Shown one piece after another: positions 60,214-64,000 of a DNA stretch of 64,000 nucleotides; position 1 is the first letter of the stretch; each line of letters begins with the position of its first letter. A program made the position numbers and the translations under genes. Origin of the DNA: Octopus sinensis (Eukaryota); contig NC_043002.1 of the NCBI RefSeq assembly GCF_006345805.1, positions 108,934,001-108,998,000 of the forward strand, written 5' to 3'. Below the pieces are notes generated by a model that was not told the DNA's origin, did no database searches, and saw only the letters and a list, made by a program, of their open reading frames with translations.

Positions 60214-60772
60214 CAGTAATCCCCTGACTATCACAGGTGTTCTGTTCCAAAACCCCTGCAATAGGTGAAAATCTGCAAAGTAGAAACAGTACTGTATTTT
60301 TTGAAAATTATTTTTATAATGTGGTAAGTAGCTTGCTAACCAACCACATGGTTCCAGGTTCAGTCTTGGGCAAGTGTCTTCTGCTATAGCTCCGGGCCGA
60401 CCAAAGCCTTGTGAGTGGATTTGGTAGACGGAAACTGAAAGAAGCCTGTCGTATATATGTATATATATGTATGTGTGTATTTGTCCCCCTAGCATTGCTT
60501 GACAACCCATACTGGTGTGTTTACGTCCCCATCACTTAGCGGTTCGGAAAAAGAGACCGATAGAATAAGTACTGGGCTTATATAAGTCCCGGGGTTGATT
60601 TGCTCGACTAAAAGCGGTGCTCCAGCATGGCCGCAGTCAAATAACTGAAACAAGTAAAAGAGTAAAAGAGATATATTTTATTATAAATGCAAAACAACAC
60701 CATGGAGGAATCGACATAAGCTGAAATAATAAACTGCAATAGGTAAACTGAGATGTTGTGAGGGATGACACA
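60214..60772. mobile_element. Tigger/pogo-like MITE with a nested SINE (60320-60670)
   Basis: TA|CAGTAATCCC left end and a degenerate GGGATGAC right end. Confidence 0.55.
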
Positions 60773-62013
60773 CGTATCTCTTCAGCCTGGGATTATTTTT
60801 CAAAACTTTATTGAGCTCTTAACAATCATCCCATAGACAGAGTGTATAGTTAAACTCCTGCTGCTGTGTTGGCCTCAAGTTAGGCCTGATGTAGCAAACC
60901 TGTGATCAAAGGCATTCCAGATATGGCAATCCTGTTTCTTTTTCATGGTATAGTGTATCCAAGAGATTGTCCTATGTATCCTGTCTTTTTTCAAAGCAGT
61001 TGTGTCTGATTTAAGAGAAATTTGACTGCTATTTCTAGCAAATTAAACAGCTGCATAGCGGCATACTTAACTCACATTTAAACTTGTTTTTTTTTTTTAT
61101 TGATGGCTACCATAAGTAGTATAAGCTAAGTTTCCATCAATAAAATAAATAATTGCTTTAAATCTCTCATATTAATATTTGATGGCAACAGTTGAAAGGA
61201 AGCTGCTCTGTAAAAAGTACTGGTTGTGTAGTGATATTAAATAGCACGGATTTGTAAAGGAAATTGCAGAGAAATGAAAGAAAATAGTCATTTAAATGAA
61301 AGGCAAAACCATGTGATGAAGGCTGTTACCATTCCTCGCCTACTCACTGCAAACTAACCCAATATAACTTCTTTTGTACATCAGAAATATACACCACAAC
61401 TACAAGCTGAAAGACTAAACTGAAATACACCTTTTTCAAAATAGCTTCATCCACATACCTTGTGCCTCACATTCCTGGTCATCCATACCCTCTACCTCAC
61501 CACCATCACACCTTCACTTCAATTTTTTTTTCTTTTACTAACTTGCAACCAAATATACAATACCATCTCTCTCTCTCTCCCTCGTTAAATTCTATGCTAC
61601 CCAGGTAATTAAATCTTATTAAAGTAATTGTTGCCAACACAGACTTATTGCCAATTTCTTCAGGTTGAGGATTTTACTCTACAAGAATTACCATTATGCA
61701 GGCATAACCATGTGGTTTACAAGCTTGCTTCCCAACCACATGGTTCCAGTTTCAACTCTGCTGTGCCACACATTGAGCAAGAATTTTCAGTAAATTTTTA
61801 CTATTACACCCATCTGGTGAGAAGAATGAAATCCCTGGTCAGTGGATTTCAGAATAGTTATCACTAATTCTTGGAGAAGGATTAGTACAAGGAATTGGAT
61901 AATTGTTTCCATCTGTGAAAGAATTTTTTTACTCCCAATTCTGTGCCCTTTTTGGGCAAATTTTTGCTATTACACCCATCTTGTGAGACAGATGTAATAG
62001 TAAAATTAATACC

Positions 62014-62247
62014 TATTTCTTTACTACCCACAAGGGGCTAAATACAGAGTGGACAAACAAGGACAGACAAAGGGATTAAGTCGATTACATCGATCCCCAG
62101 TGCATAACTGGTACTTAATTTATCGACCCCGAAAGGATGAAAGGCAAAGTTGACCTCGGCAGAATTTGAACTCACAACATAACGGCAGATGAAATACCGC
62201 TGAGCATTTCGCCCAGCGTGCTAACAATTCTGCCAGCTCGCCGCCTT
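62014..62247 (-). mobile_element. tRNA-derived SINE, family B, with a perfect 22-bp TSD
   Basis: Head GGCGGCGAGCTGGCAGAA...GAGTTCAAATTC. TSD ATGTAATAGTAAAATTAATACC at 61992-62013 and 62248-62269. Confidence 0.9.
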
Positions 62248-62465
62248 ATGTAATAGTAAAATTAATACCATGCTTGCAACCATCATCTCATGGTCAACCA
62301 AAGCTGTGTTAGTGAAATTTGGCTGACCAATGTTCAGAAGCTTGCTGGACATATGAATATTGGCAGAGGACCACTTTATTTATGCCAAGGGCAGCTTTGT
62401 CTTTTTAACTTGTACCAATCAAAGTATTAGGGAGGTGGTCAACATAATTGACCAAAGTCCTTTAA

Positions 62466-62858
62466 CCCTTTAGTATTTAAACCGGCCATATCTGGCCAAA
62501 ATAGTTAATCTGTTTTATGTTCAAACTGACCAGATCCAGGCTCTCACACCCACCCTACAATGTTATTCTACATTAAGTAATTACACCATCAAGATCTTAA
62601 AGATATGAGATAATTCATGATAAAATCACCCACTACACTCTCGGAGTGGTTGGCGTTAGGAAGGGCATCCAGCTGTAGAAACACTGCCAGATCTGACTGG
62701 ACTGGTGCAGCTTTCGGGCTCCCCAGACCCCAGTTGAACCGTCCAACCCATGCTAGCATGGAAAGCGGACGTTAAATGATGATGATGATGATGATGAATT
62801 CAAATCAATGGGAATCAATAGGCATTATGTTTGATAGAATAATCTGAACACTAAAGGG
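62466..62858. mobile_element. piggyBac-like MITE with a nested RTE tail (about 62624-62796)
   Basis: TTAA TSD on both sides. Collinear with 11693-11911 once the (GAT)n-tailed insert is removed. Confidence 0.85.
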
Positions 62859-64000
62859 TTAAGACTGTTCCCCAGCATGGTCACAATTGACCCAGTAACT
62901 GAAACCAGTAAAATAATATTTGATAGAATTGCCAAACTGCTAATTAAGAACAGAAGTGGTGTACATGCTGTTCTGCCAACACCAAATTACTGTTGTATTT
63001 GTTTCTTAAGTAGATTAGTAACTGAAATAGTTAAGCATTGTTTGTCTAAACACTTGATCTTACCAATTAAAATGGGTTTGTTTTTTCTTATCTTGGAGAT
63101 TTTTATTTCTACTACTTTGTAAACAGTATTTTGTGGTGACCTTCATTCAAACAGAAGTCATTTTTCAGTTCACTTTTACAGATGGTAAACATCTGTGTTA
63201 GAAGCTAACCAAGTTTTTTTTTTTTTTTATGTGACTGTCATTTAGCATCAGGTCAGCTGTGGTTGAGAGCAGACCTATGGCTAAAAGCATTCCCAATTAA
63301 CCATCCCTGGCTTAGTGGGAGTAGTCATGGGTGGGAATACTTTTACTCAGAGGTTTGCTCACTTACAACCGACCTGATTATGTATTTAAAACTCCATTAT
63401 CCAAATGCATCCTTCCAGTTTTATGATGAAAATATGGAATTTGTTGAAGATTTGACTGCTATCTTTAGTGAGTTGAGCAACCACATAGAGGCTGGTGGTT
63501 TGTGTTGTAGCTAAGCATAGAAAGGAAGCGGGTTTGAGAGAATTCTACTGAGGATTGGAGGAAATAATCAAGATTCTATTGTTTAGAGGCAATTCTGAGA
63601 CCAGAAGCCCTTACAGACAAGATGGCTGATGGGATGTCTGCAACAGGAGTAAATAATCCTCTATCTTATATCAATGGGTTTATTTTTGGTCCTTCTTTCT
63701 CCCACAGAATCTGTATGCCTGCAACATGCAGAGTCTCTCTATCCCCCATTCATTCCTTTTCTTTTTGACATACTTTTTTACAGTCGGATGCGCTTACTAA
63801 CCTGAATCATATCACAGTGTGCTCTGGGTACATTTTACTCTAACACTCACTCTAGATTTGTCTCCAACAAAACTATAGAGCCTCATCTATTTGGCACAGC
63901 TTCTTTTTTCTTCCTTTGGTGTTTGATACCAGTTTTCTCTTCCATTTATAAAGTTTAAATTTGAGATATCTGCTTCCCTCATCATATTGAAAACAGTTGG

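Noticed and set aside
60752-60770. TGT GAG GGA TGA (C-E-G-U) as the SELENOM selenocysteine exon
   Set aside because: No in-phase acceptor, it lies in a MITE terminal repeat, and the downstream residues do not match xLNRL.
61664-61697. AG|VEDFTLQELPL as a possible SELENOM exon 3 (resembles VKAFVTQDIPFY)
   Set aside because: There is no GT donor at the expected position, it runs into a SINE head, and no CxxU exon was found upstream. Probably coincidental but cheap to check with RNA-seq.
63250-63275. AGC TGT GGT TGA (S-C-G-U), a SELENOF-like motif
   Set aside because: Part of a dispersed repeat family, and followed by a stop.

Overview
AT-rich, microsatellite-dense animal genomic DNA. The SINE, RTE and MITE content points to an octopus (coleoid cephalopod); this is an inference. 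Two host genes are supported. The first is DZANK1 on the minus strand: nine coding exons (33294 down to 3985) splice in frame with canonical AG/GT sites into 393 codons, and the gene runs off the left edge. Its probable promoter and non-coding first exon lie at about 36690-36800 and carry an RFX X-box-like motif. The second is a divergently oriented plus-strand exon (44436-44570) encoding a signal peptide and ending in GRVE|GT, which resembles selenoprotein M exon 1; its later exons were not found. The rest is a layered mobile-element landscape: at least five tRNA-derived SINE families, several RTE LINE families (one GC-rich copy with an uninterrupted RT ORF), Penelope-like (GIY-YIG) remnants, a CRE-like RLE retrotransposon, non-autonomous Helitrons, piggyBac-, mariner- and Tigger-like MITEs, a solo LTR, a foldback element and a lone 5S rRNA pseudogene. 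The most unusual signals are hammerhead-ribozyme motifs: an intact minimal type I hammerhead at 27700-27734, and a head-to-head pair of tRNA-headed elements (6018-6540) whose 3' part is a hammerhead rather than a LINE tail. Repeat boundaries were read by eye and are approximate unless a TSD or terminus is quoted.
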